The position numbers and the translations under genes were made by a program. Source: an uncultured Chloroflexia bacterium (GTDB taxonomy: Bacteria > Chloroflexota > Limnocylindria > Limnocylindrales > CSP1-4). From it: a DNA stretch of 64,000 nucleotides. The notes below the pieces were generated by a model. The model was not told the origin of the DNA and did no database searches. It saw only the letters and a program-made list of their open reading frames with translations. Positions 1-9,150 of this stretch are shown piece by piece. The stretch covers positions 405,858 to 469,857 of the forward strand of contig CAVRGP010000002.1 of the NCBI GenBank assembly GCA_963720755.1. The letters run 5' to 3'. Numbering within the stretch: the stretch's first letter is position 1; every line of letters starts with the position of its first letter.

Positions 1-15
1 GCGTGTGATGCGCCA

Positions 16-1083
16 TCAGCCGCTGCTCAGGACGTCGGCGAGGTTGAACCGAACCGGCCGGTCGAGCTGCTCGTAGGTGCAGGACTCCGGGTCACGGTCG
101 GGGCGCCAGCGGACGAACTGTGCGGTGTGCCGGAACCGGACGCCCTCCATGTAGTCGTAGCGGACTTCGACCACCCGCTCTGGCCGCAGCGGCACGAAAG
201 ACAGGTCCTTGCCGGCGTTCCACCGGCTGCCCGCGTTCTTCTGCGGGGTCCGCTCGCCCTGCTCCTGCGCCGCCCAGTTCCAGGGATGGTCGTCGAAGGT
301 GGTGACCCAGGGCTGTAGCTCCTCGTAAAGCTTCTTCCTGGTCGCCATTGGGAAGGCGCCGATCACCCCGACCGAGGCGAGGGAGCCGTTTTCGTCGTAG
401 AGACCGAGCAGGAGTGATCCGATGGTCTCGGGTCCGGACTTGTGGATGCGGTAGCCGGCGACGACGCAGTCCGCGGTGCGTTCGTGCTTGATCTTGCTCA
501 TCACCCGCTTGTCGGGTTGATAGCGCAGATCGAGTTTCTTGGCGATCAACCCATCCAGGCCCGCGCCCTCGAACTCGGAGAACCAGCGCTGCGCCTCGAC
601 GACGTCCTGGGTGGCGGGGGTGATGTGAATAGGTGGCTGTGCGTTCGCCAACGCCTCCTGCAACGCGGCCCTGCGCTCGATCAGCGGGGTTTTCATCAGG
701 TCGTCGTCGCCGATGGCGAGCAGGTCGAACGCGACAAAACTGGCCGGGGTGGCGGCGGACAGCATCTTGACCCGGCTGGCGGCAGGGTGGATCCGCTGCT
801 GCAGTGCTTCGAAATCGAGGGTGTTGCCCTCGAAGTTCGCCACGATGATCTCGCCGTCGATCACCGCCCGGGGCGGGAAGTTGGCCAGCACTGCTTCCAC
901 CACCTCGGGGAAGTAGCGGGTCATCGGTTTTTCGTTCCGGCTGCCGATCTCGACCTCGTCGCCATCGCGGAAAATGATGGACCTGAAGCCATCCCACTTC
1001 GGCTCGTACAGCTGGTCCGGCGGGATGGCACTCACCGGTTTGGCCAGCATGGGTGAGACGGGAGGCATGACGGGTAGCTGCAC
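16..1083 (-). CDS. ligC: ATP-dependent DNA ligase, LigC type
   Basis: Starts VQLPVMPPVSPMLAK (GTG 1083); motif I YEPKWDGFR, IDGEI, AFDLL, GLDGLIAK, KIKHERTADCVV, RFRHTAQFVRWRPDRDPESC. The longer 641-aa ORF is a spurious upstream extension. Confidence 0.93.
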   Translation of the reverse strand: MQLPVMPPVSPMLAKPVSAIPPDQLYEPKWDGFRSIIFRDGDEVEIGSRNEKPMTRYFPEVVEAVLANFPPRAVIDGEIIVANFEGNTLDFEALQQRIHPAASRVKMLSAATPASFVAFDLLAIGDDDLMKTPLIERRAALQEALANAQPPIHITPATQDVVEAQRWFSEFEGAGLDGLIAKKLDLRYQPDKRVMSKIKHERTADCVVAGYRIHKSGPETIGSLLLGLYDENGSLASVGVIGAFPMATRKKLYEELQPWVTTFDDHPWNWAAQEQGERTPQKNAGSRWNAGKDLSFVPLRPERVVEVRYDYMEGVRFRHTAQFVRWRPDRDPESCTYEQLDRPVRFNLADVLSSG

Positions 1084-1249
1084 CCGCCTAGTGTCCCTGT
1101 CGTTCGGTGATGCTGCTGATGGTCGGCTGTTCTGTGTCGTCGGGTCGACTCCCCACCGACTGTGAATCCAGTTCGTGTCAAGAGTCTCGTTCGCCCGCTG
1201 AGGCATTGACCTGACCGCGTGATCAGGCAGCGGCCGCCGTTGCGTGCCC

Positions 1250-1420
1250 TGCGGAGCCGTACAGCAACCAGAACTCCGGTTCGGCGACCGACGGCCGGTG
1301 GACCCGCGTGTTACCGAGCCTGAACTGCAGTTTGACGGCGCGACCGCCCGCCGCGACGACCGGTCCCAACCGGTGAAACCCAACGCCACCAGCTTGTCGT
1401 GGAAGATCTCGGCGCGACCA
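1250..1420 (-). mobile_element. Degenerate IS21-family transposase (IstA) fragment
   Basis: Two adjoining frames read RAEIFHDKLVALGFTGWDRSSRRAVA / VKLQFRLGNTRVHRPSVAEPEFWLLYG, resembling the recalled actinobacterial IstA segment H.KLVALG.TGSERTTRRAVA.VK...R.G..RVHRPW..EPG.WLQYD. Confidence 0.6.
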
Positions 1421-1621
1421 CCGTCCCGCGCCGCGGAATCGTCGGCGCGTTCGAATCGACCTGTCGAAGACGTCTCGGGAACGCTGCGGTGGGGGTGTTT
1501 TCGTGACAAGTCGATCGGCCCGAGCGGTGGTCGCGAGACCGGTCGCCGGACATACTGGAGCGGTGTTGACCTGCCCACGCCGACTCGTCTCTGTCCGCAG
1601 CGCACCCGCCAGGGCCGGGTC

Positions 1622-1954
1622 GTGACGTCGAGCAAGAAAAAGCACCATCCGAGGGTGGTGTCCCCGCCGCGCCCCACCCCACCGGCGGTCATCCGGCCCA
1701 CGACCACGACCAACACCACCACCACCACCACCACGACAGGATCGCGGTCGACGAGATCGGTCTGGATCGCGCGGGTCCTCGGTTTGTTCGCCCTCATCGC
1801 GGGTATCACGATGACTTTGATCGGTGTGACCCCCGACATCCTCGGTGGCTGGGGAAAGTTGGGGCTGATGGTGCCCGGGATGGTGCTCGCCGCTGGTGGG
1901 TTGATTGCCGTTGTCGAGACGACGTCCTGGGCCAGGAGCAAACGCCGACGCTGA
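1622..1954 (+). CDS. Small membrane protein with Pro/Thr-rich N-terminus and two TM helices
   Basis: GTG 1622; poly-Thr tract then hydrophobic segments VWIARVLGLFALIAGITMTLIGV and LGLMVPGMVLAAGGLIAVV; basic C-terminus. Confidence 0.6.
   Translation: MTSSKKKHHPRVVSPPRPTPPAVIRPTTTTNTTTTTTTTGSRSTRSVWIARVLGLFALIAGITMTLIGVTPDILGGWGKLGLMVPGMVLAAGGLIAVVETTSWARSKRRR
1715..1732 (+). repeat. (ACC)6 trinucleotide microsatellite encoding poly-Thr
   Basis: accaccaccaccaccacc inside a longer ACN run at ~1700-1738. Confidence 0.85.
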
Positions 1955-1962
1955 CGAATCGA

Positions 1963-2941
1963 TCAGCGTCCCGATACCGAGAAGTGCTGGTAGTCAACAG
2001 GTCCGGACCAGGTCCCACCCCATGTCCAGCCGCTCGCGGCGAACGTTGCGACGGTGGGATCACCCGCCCGGATGACGCCCGACCCCGGAGCCCTGTCCAG
2101 GTAGCCGCGGCCCGGTTCCGGCAGCACCAGATCGCCGCTGACGTAGGGGTTCTGCACCGGGTTGAGGTCGATCGCCGTGCCATAGGAATGCTCGGAGAAC
2201 CCGCCCCCGCCGGTGACCGGGCGGCAGTTGAACGCGGACGTGTTGTCAGCTGCCATCGAGGCATCGTCGCTGCCGCCGAAGTCGTCGACCAACCGCATCG
2301 ACGCGATGGGGTAGCCGGCGCGCGTACAGCGCCTCGAAGATGGTCGCCACATCGGCGGTCACCGAGGAGGCGACCACCAGTTCGCCGTTGTGGTCGGCGC
2401 CGTCGAAGCCCCGGTAGGTCACCGTCAGGTACCGCAGATCCGACAGCGGCACCGGGCAGCCGGGCCGCCAGCTGCTGGCCATCCGGTCGGCCAGTGGCCC
2501 GTCGATCTCGCTGACCGAGCTGCTGTAGCCGGCCGGTTCACCGGCACCGGGATCGGTATCACCGACGTCGGCGGGCGGACCCGCGTCGGATGTCGGCCCG
2601 GGTTCGCCATCCTGCGCAGGAACCGACCCGGCCGTCGTATCGACCGGGCCGGCGGGGTCGTCGGCCGGTGGTGGGGGTATCGACGTGCCGTCCGCGTCGG
2701 GTGAGGGGCTGCTGTCGAGGGGGAGGACGCCGCCATCGGTGGCCTGCTCGCCGTCGGTGGCCGGACCACCTGCACCGGACTGCGCGCCATCGCCGGGCGG
2801 TGCCGCTGCGGCCCGGCTGAGGATCGGGTCGGCCTGGCTCGGTGTGGTCGACACGGTGGTCAGGGTGCTGGCGGCCTGCCCGCAGCCGGCGAGCAACGCG
2901 GCCACAGCCACGGCGGCGGCGAGTCGACGTCTGCCTGTCAT
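1963..2941 (-). CDS. M15 family metallopeptidase lipoprotein (one frameshift near 2320)
   Basis: Lipobox LLAGC; acidic Pro-rich linker; SWRPGCPVP..DLRYL; second frame NTSAFNCR, SEHSYGTAIDLNPVQNPY, WTWGG.W..PVDYQHFS. Confidence 0.85.
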
Positions 2942-2992
2942 CCCTCCACGGTCGCACGGGCGGCGCGCTCTTCGCGCCCTACGCTGACCATC

Positions 2993-3961
2993 GTGGCCCA
3001 CCGATACCCGCCCATCGAGCCCTTCGACCGGGGTCTGCTCGACGTCGGTGACGGGCAGCGGATCGGGTGGGAGGTCAGTGGGAACCCCGCAGGCAAGCCC
3101 GTGCTTGCCCTGCACGGCGGCCCGGGCGGCGGCAGTTCGCCGCGGCGGCGACGCTTCTTCGATCCAGACGCCTACCTGCTCGTCCAGTTCGACCAGCGCG
3201 GCTGCGGGCGAAGCACCCCGTCGGCGGCGGACTCGAGCACCGACCTGGCCACCAACACCACCCACCACCTGATCGCAGACATCGAGCGGCTCCGCGCGCA
3301 CCTGCGCATCGAACGCTGGCTGGTCTGGGGCGGATCGTGGGGTGTGACGCTCGGCCTCGCCTACGCCCAGCGGTACCCGGAACGGGTGACGGAGATGGTG
3401 CTGGTGTCGGTCACACTGGCCCGGGCCGCGGATGTGCACTGGCTCTATCACCAGGCGGGGCGGTTCTTCCCCGCGGAGTGGTCCCGGTTCCGGGCCGGCG
3501 CCGGCATCGACCCGGCCGCTCCGGACGACGGTGTCGACCTCGTCGCCCGCTACCACCACCTCCTCAACGTCGACCCCGACCCCGCGGTGCGTGCCCGGGC
3601 CGCGCAGGACTGGTGTGACTGGGAGGACGCCGTCGTCTCGCTCGAGCAGGGATGGACGCCGAACCCGAAGTACCGCGACCCGGCCTACCGGATGGCGTTC
3701 GCCAGGTTGTGTGCGCACTACTTCTCGCATGCCGCCTGGTTGGATGACGGCGAGCTGCTGCGTGGAGCCCACCGGCTCGCGGGAGTCCCTGGCGTCCTGA
3801 TCCACGGGCGATTCGACATCGGCGGCCCACCGGACGGAGCGTGGGAGCTCGCCCGCGCCTGGCCCGGCGCCGAGTTGCACCTGGTCGGAACCGGGCACAC
3901 CGGAGGCGGCGACATGACGGAGTTGATGATCAACGCGTTGGACCGGTTCGGCCGGCCCTAG
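2993..3961 (+). CDS. pip: Proline iminopeptidase (S33)
   Basis: LHGGPGGG, FDQRGCGRSTP, nucleophile GGSWG, HGRFD, C-terminal GH. Confidence 0.93.
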   Translation: MAHRYPPIEPFDRGLLDVGDGQRIGWEVSGNPAGKPVLALHGGPGGGSSPRRRRFFDPDAYLLVQFDQRGCGRSTPSAADSSTDLATNTTHHLIADIERLRAHLRIERWLVWGGSWGVTLGLAYAQRYPERVTEMVLVSVTLARAADVHWLYHQAGRFFPAEWSRFRAGAGIDPAAPDDGVDLVARYHHLLNVDPDPAVRARAAQDWCDWEDAVVSLEQGWTPNPKYRDPAYRMAFARLCAHYFSHAAWLDDGELLRGAHRLAGVPGVLIHGRFDIGGPPDGAWELARAWPGAELHLVGTGHTGGGDMTELMINALDRFGRP

Positions 3962-3992
3962 CTGCCCCGGGGCGGCGGATCGTGCCTCAGAA

Positions 3993-4514
3993 TCAGGACT
4001 GGACCGGCTCCGAGAGCGGCTGCGCGGTTTCGGCGGAGATGTCGCCCAGCGCCGTCAGGTGTCGGCGATCGATCGCCGTGACCTTCCCCACCCGGCGGCG
4101 GTACTTCTCCTCGCCACCCGGGCCGCCGAGGTAGTCGGTGCTCATCCAGACCCGGACGATGTCCAGGGCGATCGCCGAGCCGATGATCTTGCCGCCCAGG
4201 CAGAGTGCGTTGGTGTCGGAGTGCGAGCGGGCGAGCCCGGCGCAGAACGGGTCCTGGCACACCGCAGCGAAGACACCGCTGACCTTGTTCGCGATCATCG
4301 CGCTGCCGTAGCCGACGCCGTCGACGAAGATGCCCCGCTCGACCTCGCCGCGGCCGATCGCCAGTGCGGCCGGATACGCGAAATCGGGTAGATCGCAGGC
4401 ATTCTCGTCGTGGGTGCCGAAGTCGACGACCTCGTGGCCCTCGCTCTCCAACAGCCGGCGGATCTCCATCTTCAACGAGTACCCGGCATGGTCGTTGGCC
4501 ATCGCGATCAGCAT
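3993..4514 (-). CDS. rpiB: RpiB/LacA/LacB family sugar-phosphate isomerase
   Basis: MLIAMANDHAGYSLK, DFGT, ANKVSGV.AA, ARSHSDTNALCLGGK; ATG 4514 with GAGGAG RBS. Confidence 0.85.
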   Translation of the reverse strand: MLIAMANDHAGYSLKMEIRRLLESEGHEVVDFGTHDENACDLPDFAYPAALAIGRGEVERGIFVDGVGYGSAMIANKVSGVFAAVCQDPFCAGLARSHSDTNALCLGGKIIGSAIALDIVRVWMSTDYLGGPGGEEKYRRRVGKVTAIDRRHLTALGDISAETAQPLSEPVQS

Positions 4515-4665
4515 CGCCCGCTCCTCTGACTCGGTTTCGCCGCGACTGTCGCCTCGGCATGGCCGCGGCGGCGGCGACCCGCCGATCACCGTAGCCGCGC
4601 TCGCATCCTGCCGCGTGTCGGCGGACCGCGGAACCGGCCGCTGACCGTTGGCGGGGTGAGATGGA

Positions 4666-4698
4666 AGCGGGGCCCGGCGCAGCGCGCTGGGCCCCGCT
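4666..4698. terminator. GC-rich stem-loop, terminator-like
   Basis: AGCGGGGCCC-GGCGC..GCGCT-GGGCCCCGCT inverted repeat; followed by TCCATCTC on the minus strand. Confidence 0.55.
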
Positions 4699-4976
4699 GT
4701 GCGGTGGGGGGCCCAGGTGAACGCCTCGATGCGCTCACACCGGACGCCGGTATGACTCCCGGTCCCGTCGCCGCCATGGAACCCTGCGGTCCCGACTGCG
4801 CGACGTCCGCCCGCCGCGCCTGAGAACGAAGCCCGGACCCGCATCCGATGTCACGGTCGGGGGAGCGACGGTGATCCGCCGCCGGACGTCCGGTCCAGCT
4901 CTCCGGCGCACTCCAGGTTGTTCGGTCCGCCTCGGTGGGTTCACCTCAACGGTCGCGTCGCCCTTCGTGTGCCACC

Positions 4977-5005
4977 TGTCTACTCGTGTCGTTACCTGCT
5001 GGCAA
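4977..5005 (-). promoter_or_regulatory. Candidate housekeeping-sigma promoter
   Basis: Minus strand TTGCCA-N17-TAGACA. Confidence 0.4.
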
Positions 5006-5137
5006 GACAGCCGTCACAACTGGATCGATCAACGTGCCACGGCGTCTACATCGAGTCCGGCGGGTCGTCGGTCGGATGCCTCCGTCCTACGAGCGGGCGG
5101 TCGCTCACCGCTGGTCGTCCGCGGGCGAGACGGCACA

Positions 5138-6007
5138 ATGGCCGGCATGCCGTTGCCGCAGCAGGACACCGCCGTCACGTTCCCGTCCGGCGGGTTGACC
5201 GGCCGCAGCGTTGTCGAGTTCATGGAGCCCCGCGACGGACGCACCCTGGTGCTCACCCGGCAGACCCCGTTCCACCCGGTGGATCCGCGCTGGCCCGACC
5301 AAGGGCCGGACCAGGGCTCGATCGACGTCGACGGCCTGCCGATCACCGTGCTGGAATGCATCGTCGGCGCGACCGATGGTGCGGCGCTGTTCGTGGGTGA
5401 CGACATTCCGGTGCGGCGCGGCGAACCGGGGTGGGCGTTTGTGGTGGTGCATCTGCTGCCGGACGGCGCCGTCATCGACGAGGGCGACGAGGTGCAGCTC
5501 AGCGTGGATCCGGCTTACCGGTCGGCATTGTCGGCCGGGCACACCGGTTGTCATCTGGCGGCGATGGCGCTCAATGCGGCGCTGGCCAACCGGTGGCGAA
5601 AGCCGGTGCGGGCCGATGGCCTGGGGCACCCGGACTTCGACCAGCTGGCCATCGTCTCGTCCCGGATCGAGCCTGATCGTGCCGTCGACACCTATCGGAT
5701 CGGCCGCTCGCTGCGGAAGAAGGGCTTCGATGGCGACGGGCTGGGCCACGCTCTGCCCGGCATCATCGCCGATGCGAATTCCAGGCTCGCTTCGTGGGTC
5801 GCGACCGGCGCGCCGATCGAGGTCCGGGTCAGCGGGCCGGGTCTGACCGATCTGCGGGAATGGGTCTGTGCACTGCCCAGCGGGACTCAGCAGATCCCCT
5901 GCGGCGGAACCCATCTGGGTTCGTTGGCCGAGGTCGACAGCGTCGCCGTTGCGATCGAGCTCGACGAGGAACTGGGGGAGCTGGTGATGCGGACCTCTGT
6001 TCGCTGA
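5138..6007 (+). CDS. AlaX-like (ThrRS/AlaRS editing fold) zinc hydrolase
   Basis: TPFHPVD..WPDQGPD.G N-domain; zinc motifs HxxxH (HTGCH) and CxxxH (CGGTH). Confidence 0.75.
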   Translation: MAGMPLPQQDTAVTFPSGGLTGRSVVEFMEPRDGRTLVLTRQTPFHPVDPRWPDQGPDQGSIDVDGLPITVLECIVGATDGAALFVGDDIPVRRGEPGWAFVVVHLLPDGAVIDEGDEVQLSVDPAYRSALSAGHTGCHLAAMALNAALANRWRKPVRADGLGHPDFDQLAIVSSRIEPDRAVDTYRIGRSLRKKGFDGDGLGHALPGIIADANSRLASWVATGAPIEVRVSGPGLTDLREWVCALPSGTQQIPCGGTHLGSLAEVDSVAVAIELDEELGELVMRTSVR

Positions 6008-6023
6008 CCGAGGGTGACAGCCA

Positions 6024-7235
6024 TCAGCCGGCCGGCAGAGCCGCGGTCACCGGTCGCTCCCAGTCGATGTGATACCGCTGTTCGGCCCCCACCAGTCGTT
6101 CCGGACGCATCAGGGTCCTGGCCATCAGCGGCATCATCAGGCCCATCATCCGGGTGGCCATCGGCCCCATCGCCTTGCTGTTGTTGGTTTTCGCGGCCCG
6201 CGCAGCGACCTTCTCCACCCGGGTCCGGCGGAGCCGCTCGAAAGCAGCGAATGCCGTCGCCGGGTCCTTCAGATCCCGAAGGCATTGCGCCAGTTGGACC
6301 CCGCTCTCGATGGCCAGGGACGCGCCCTGGCCGGAGCTGGGCGACGGGGCGTGCGCGGCGTCGCCCACCAGCACCAGCCGGCCGCGGTGCCAACGCCGCG
6401 CGGTCGGCATGATCTCGGTCGAGCCGAAGGCGGCGAAGCTCGCCGGATCGGTGTGCGCCAGCAGGTCCCGCCCCGGGGTGTCGTCGGCGTAGGCGACCCG
6501 GAGTTGGTCGAGCCATTGCGTGGCCGGGATCTGCCGGGCCTGGGAGAGTGAGATCTGTTGCTGCGATGGCAGATTGCTGAACCAGGCCGTCGTGCCGTCC
6601 GGCTGCGACCAGTACCCGAGAAAGCCGCGCCGCCCGAAGGAGAAGTACATGGCATCGCTTCGAGAAGGAACCGCGGTGGCGGCGGTGGCACCGAAATTCA
6701 ACAGCGGCACATGGCGGGGTGCGGGAGCCTCTGGGTCGATCAGGTTTCGTACCGTGGAGTGGATGCCGTCCGCCCCGATCAGCACGTCACCGGTGGCGGT
6801 GCTGCCGTCGGCGAATCGGGCGGTCACCCCTGACGGCGATTCGTCGACACCGACAAGCCTGGTGCTGCTGTGGATCTCGATACCCTCGGCCAGCACCTGA
6901 TCGCGGAGCACCCCGAACAGATCACTGCGCCAGACCGCCCGGCTCGGCTCCAGGCCGTCCAGTCCCGGCAGTTCACCGAGCCGGCGGCCCCGGCCGTCGG
7001 TCATGATCATGGTGGTCATCGGCAGTCCGATCCCGCGGACCGCGTCGTCGGCTCCGACGATGCGCAGCGCGTCCAACCCGTTGGGGGCGACGTTCAACAT
7101 GCCGCCCGGCCCGTCCGGTACGCCGGTGGTCGCCTCGAAGACGGTGGCCCCGATCCCTGCTCGTTGCAGGGCGAGTGCCGTGACAGGTCCGCCGATGCCG
7201 CCGCCGATCACCAGTGCCGTTTTGACGCTGCTCAT
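6024..7235 (-). CDS. FAD-dependent monooxygenase
   Basis: VIGGGIGG, LIGADGIHS, LVGDAAHAPSPSSGQGASLAIE; start overlaps the PadR stop (ATGA). Confidence 0.9.
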   Translation of the reverse strand: MSSVKTALVIGGGIGGPVTALALQRAGIGATVFEATTGVPDGPGGMLNVAPNGLDALRIVGADDAVRGIGLPMTTMIMTDGRGRRLGELPGLDGLEPSRAVWRSDLFGVLRDQVLAEGIEIHSSTRLVGVDESPSGVTARFADGSTATGDVLIGADGIHSTVRNLIDPEAPAPRHVPLLNFGATAATAVPSRSDAMYFSFGRRGFLGYWSQPDGTTAWFSNLPSQQQISLSQARQIPATQWLDQLRVAYADDTPGRDLLAHTDPASFAAFGSTEIMPTARRWHRGRLVLVGDAAHAPSPSSGQGASLAIESGVQLAQCLRDLKDPATAFAAFERLRRTRVEKVAARAAKTNNSKAMGPMATRMMGLMMPLMARTLMRPERLVGAEQRYHIDWERPVTAALPAG

Positions 7236-7837
7236 GTCCCACTCCCGAATCGTGCGGTGTGTTCCTGCCATTGCCTGACGTGTTCCGGGTCCTGCAGACC
7301 GGCGATGAGATGGGTGACGAACGTCGACTCCGTTTCCAGCCGCGCCAGCCGGTAGTCGTCCTCGATCAGGAACAACCAGGCGACGCCGCTCGCCGCGGCG
7401 CCGTCCCTGATCGACCGGGTTTGCTCGATGTCGGCGGCCAGCGACGCCAGCCTGGTGGTCAGCAGTTCGACGGCTTCCGCCGGTGACAACACCGCGAGTA
7501 GCGACAGTGCGACCCCGAACTGCTGATACTCGGGCTGTGGCTCGGAGACGAGTTCCCGCATCCAGTCGTGCAATTCCGCCCGGCCGCTGTCGGTCAGTGC
7601 GTAGACCGTCCGCTCCGGCCGTTGGGTGTCCCGGACCGTCTCCTGTTCGCCGACGAAACCGGCCTTGCGCAGCTGCTGCACCACCATGTAGAGCGAGCCA
7701 CGGTTGAACTTGACGCTGCGGTCCATCCCGGTTTCCTGCAGTCGCCGACCGAGCTCGTAGGGATGCATCGGGCCGGTGACCAGCCAGGCGAGCACGGCCA
7801 ACGCCAACGGGTTCGCCACCTTGCGCCGTTTCGCCAC
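7232..7837 (-). CDS. PadR family transcriptional regulator
   Basis: LALAVLAWL..GPMHPYEL, RGSLYMVVQQL, PERTVYALTDSGR. Confidence 0.9.
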   Translation of the reverse strand: MAKRRKVANPLALAVLAWLVTGPMHPYELGRRLQETGMDRSVKFNRGSLYMVVQQLRKAGFVGEQETVRDTQRPERTVYALTDSGRAELHDWMRELVSEPQPEYQQFGVALSLLAVLSPAEAVELLTTRLASLAADIEQTRSIRDGAAASGVAWLFLIEDDYRLARLETESTFVTHLIAGLQDPEHVRQWQEHTARFGSGT

Positions 7838-7871
7838 CGTGTCTCCCGACGTCAAACCCTGTCAATGTGCT

Positions 7872-7915
7872 TAGTTGACATCAACTATCCAGTACCAATT
7901 AGTCGATGTCAACTA
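7872..7915. promoter_or_regulatory. Tandem palindromic operators, probable PadR sites
   Basis: TAGTTGA-CA-TCAACTA (7872-7887) and TAGTCGA-TG-TCAACTA (7900-7915) just upstream of padR. Confidence 0.75.
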
Positions 7916-7952
7916 TAAGGTGATGACGGCGGCGTGCGGGTGATGAATCTGC

Positions 7953-9150
7953 TCAGGCGCCGAAGCCTGGGTCCGCGACATCCTCGGCAGCCTGCAGGAC
8001 TCGCAGGATGTTGCCGCAGGTCAGCGCCGCCAGGTCGGCGTCCGACCAGCCGCGGCCCGCCAGCTCGGCCAGCAGGGCGGGGTAGGTGGAGACGTCCTCG
8101 AGCCCGACCGGCAGGCTCTCGGTGCCGTCGTAGTCGCCACCGAGGCCGATGTGCGCGACGCCGGCGACCTCCCTGGCGTGTTCCACGTGGTCGGCCACCT
8201 GTGCGAGAGTGGCCGTCGGTTCGGGGTTCTCGGCCTGCCAGGCGGCGAGTTCGGCCACTGCTGCCGGGTCGAGGTGCTCGCCGGCGTGCTCGGTGTAGAT
8301 GGTCACCTTGTCCAGCCCCAGCTCGCGGCGCCGCGCGTCCTCGGCCGCGCCCCGGTCGGCGCAAGCCTGGGAGACGAAGTCCGGCACGAACGTGATCATG
8401 ATGACGCCACCGTTGTCGGCCAATCGTCGCAGCACCGCATCGGGAGCGTCCCGTACGTGGTCGGTCAGCGCCCGGCACGACGAATGCGAGAAGATCACCG
8501 GCGCCCGTGAGACGTCCAGTGCCGCAGCCATCGTGGCCGGCGCGACGTGTGAGATGTCGACGATCATGCCGATCCGGTTCATCTCGGCGACCACCTCGCG
8601 GCCGAAGTCCGACAGCCCGCCCACCGCGGGAACGTCGGTCGCGGCGTCCGCCCACGGCACGTTCTGGTTGTGGGTGAGCGTCATGTAGGCAACGCCGAGC
8701 CGGCGCAACATCCGCAGCACGCCCAACGAATTGTCGATGCTGTGCCCGCCCTCGGCTCCGAGCAGGGCCGCGATCCGGCCGTCGGCGATGGTGGCCCGCA
8801 CCTGGGTGGCCGTGCGGGCGGCCCGGAAGGTCTCCGGGTGTGCGGCGACAATCCTTGCCACACAGTCGATCTGCTCCAGCGTCGCGGTCACCGCTGCGCC
8901 GCCGGGCAGGGTGCCGGGAACGTAGACCGAGAAGAACTGGGCGCCGACGCCACCGGCCCGCAGCCGCGGGATGTCGGTGTGCAGCAACGGCTGTCGAGTG
9001 GTGATGTCGCGCTGCGGCGAAGTCGTAGGCGACCTGTTTGCGCAGCGCCCAGGCGAGGTCGTTGTGGCCGTCGAACACCGGTGCCCGCCGCAGCAGGTCG
9101 GTGATCCGCTGCTCGATGGTCCCGTCGTTGATCACCACGTCGCTGCCCAT
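7953..9150 (-). CDS. Membrane dipeptidase (M19), frameshift near 9000
   Basis: First frame [13 protein letters not shown]; second frame [51 protein letters not shown]. Confidence 0.9.

Noticed and set aside
1084-1941. N-terminal extension of the ligase in the 641-aa ORF
   Set aside because: LigC homology starts at 1083; the extension is antisense to a small membrane gene and crosses the IS scar.
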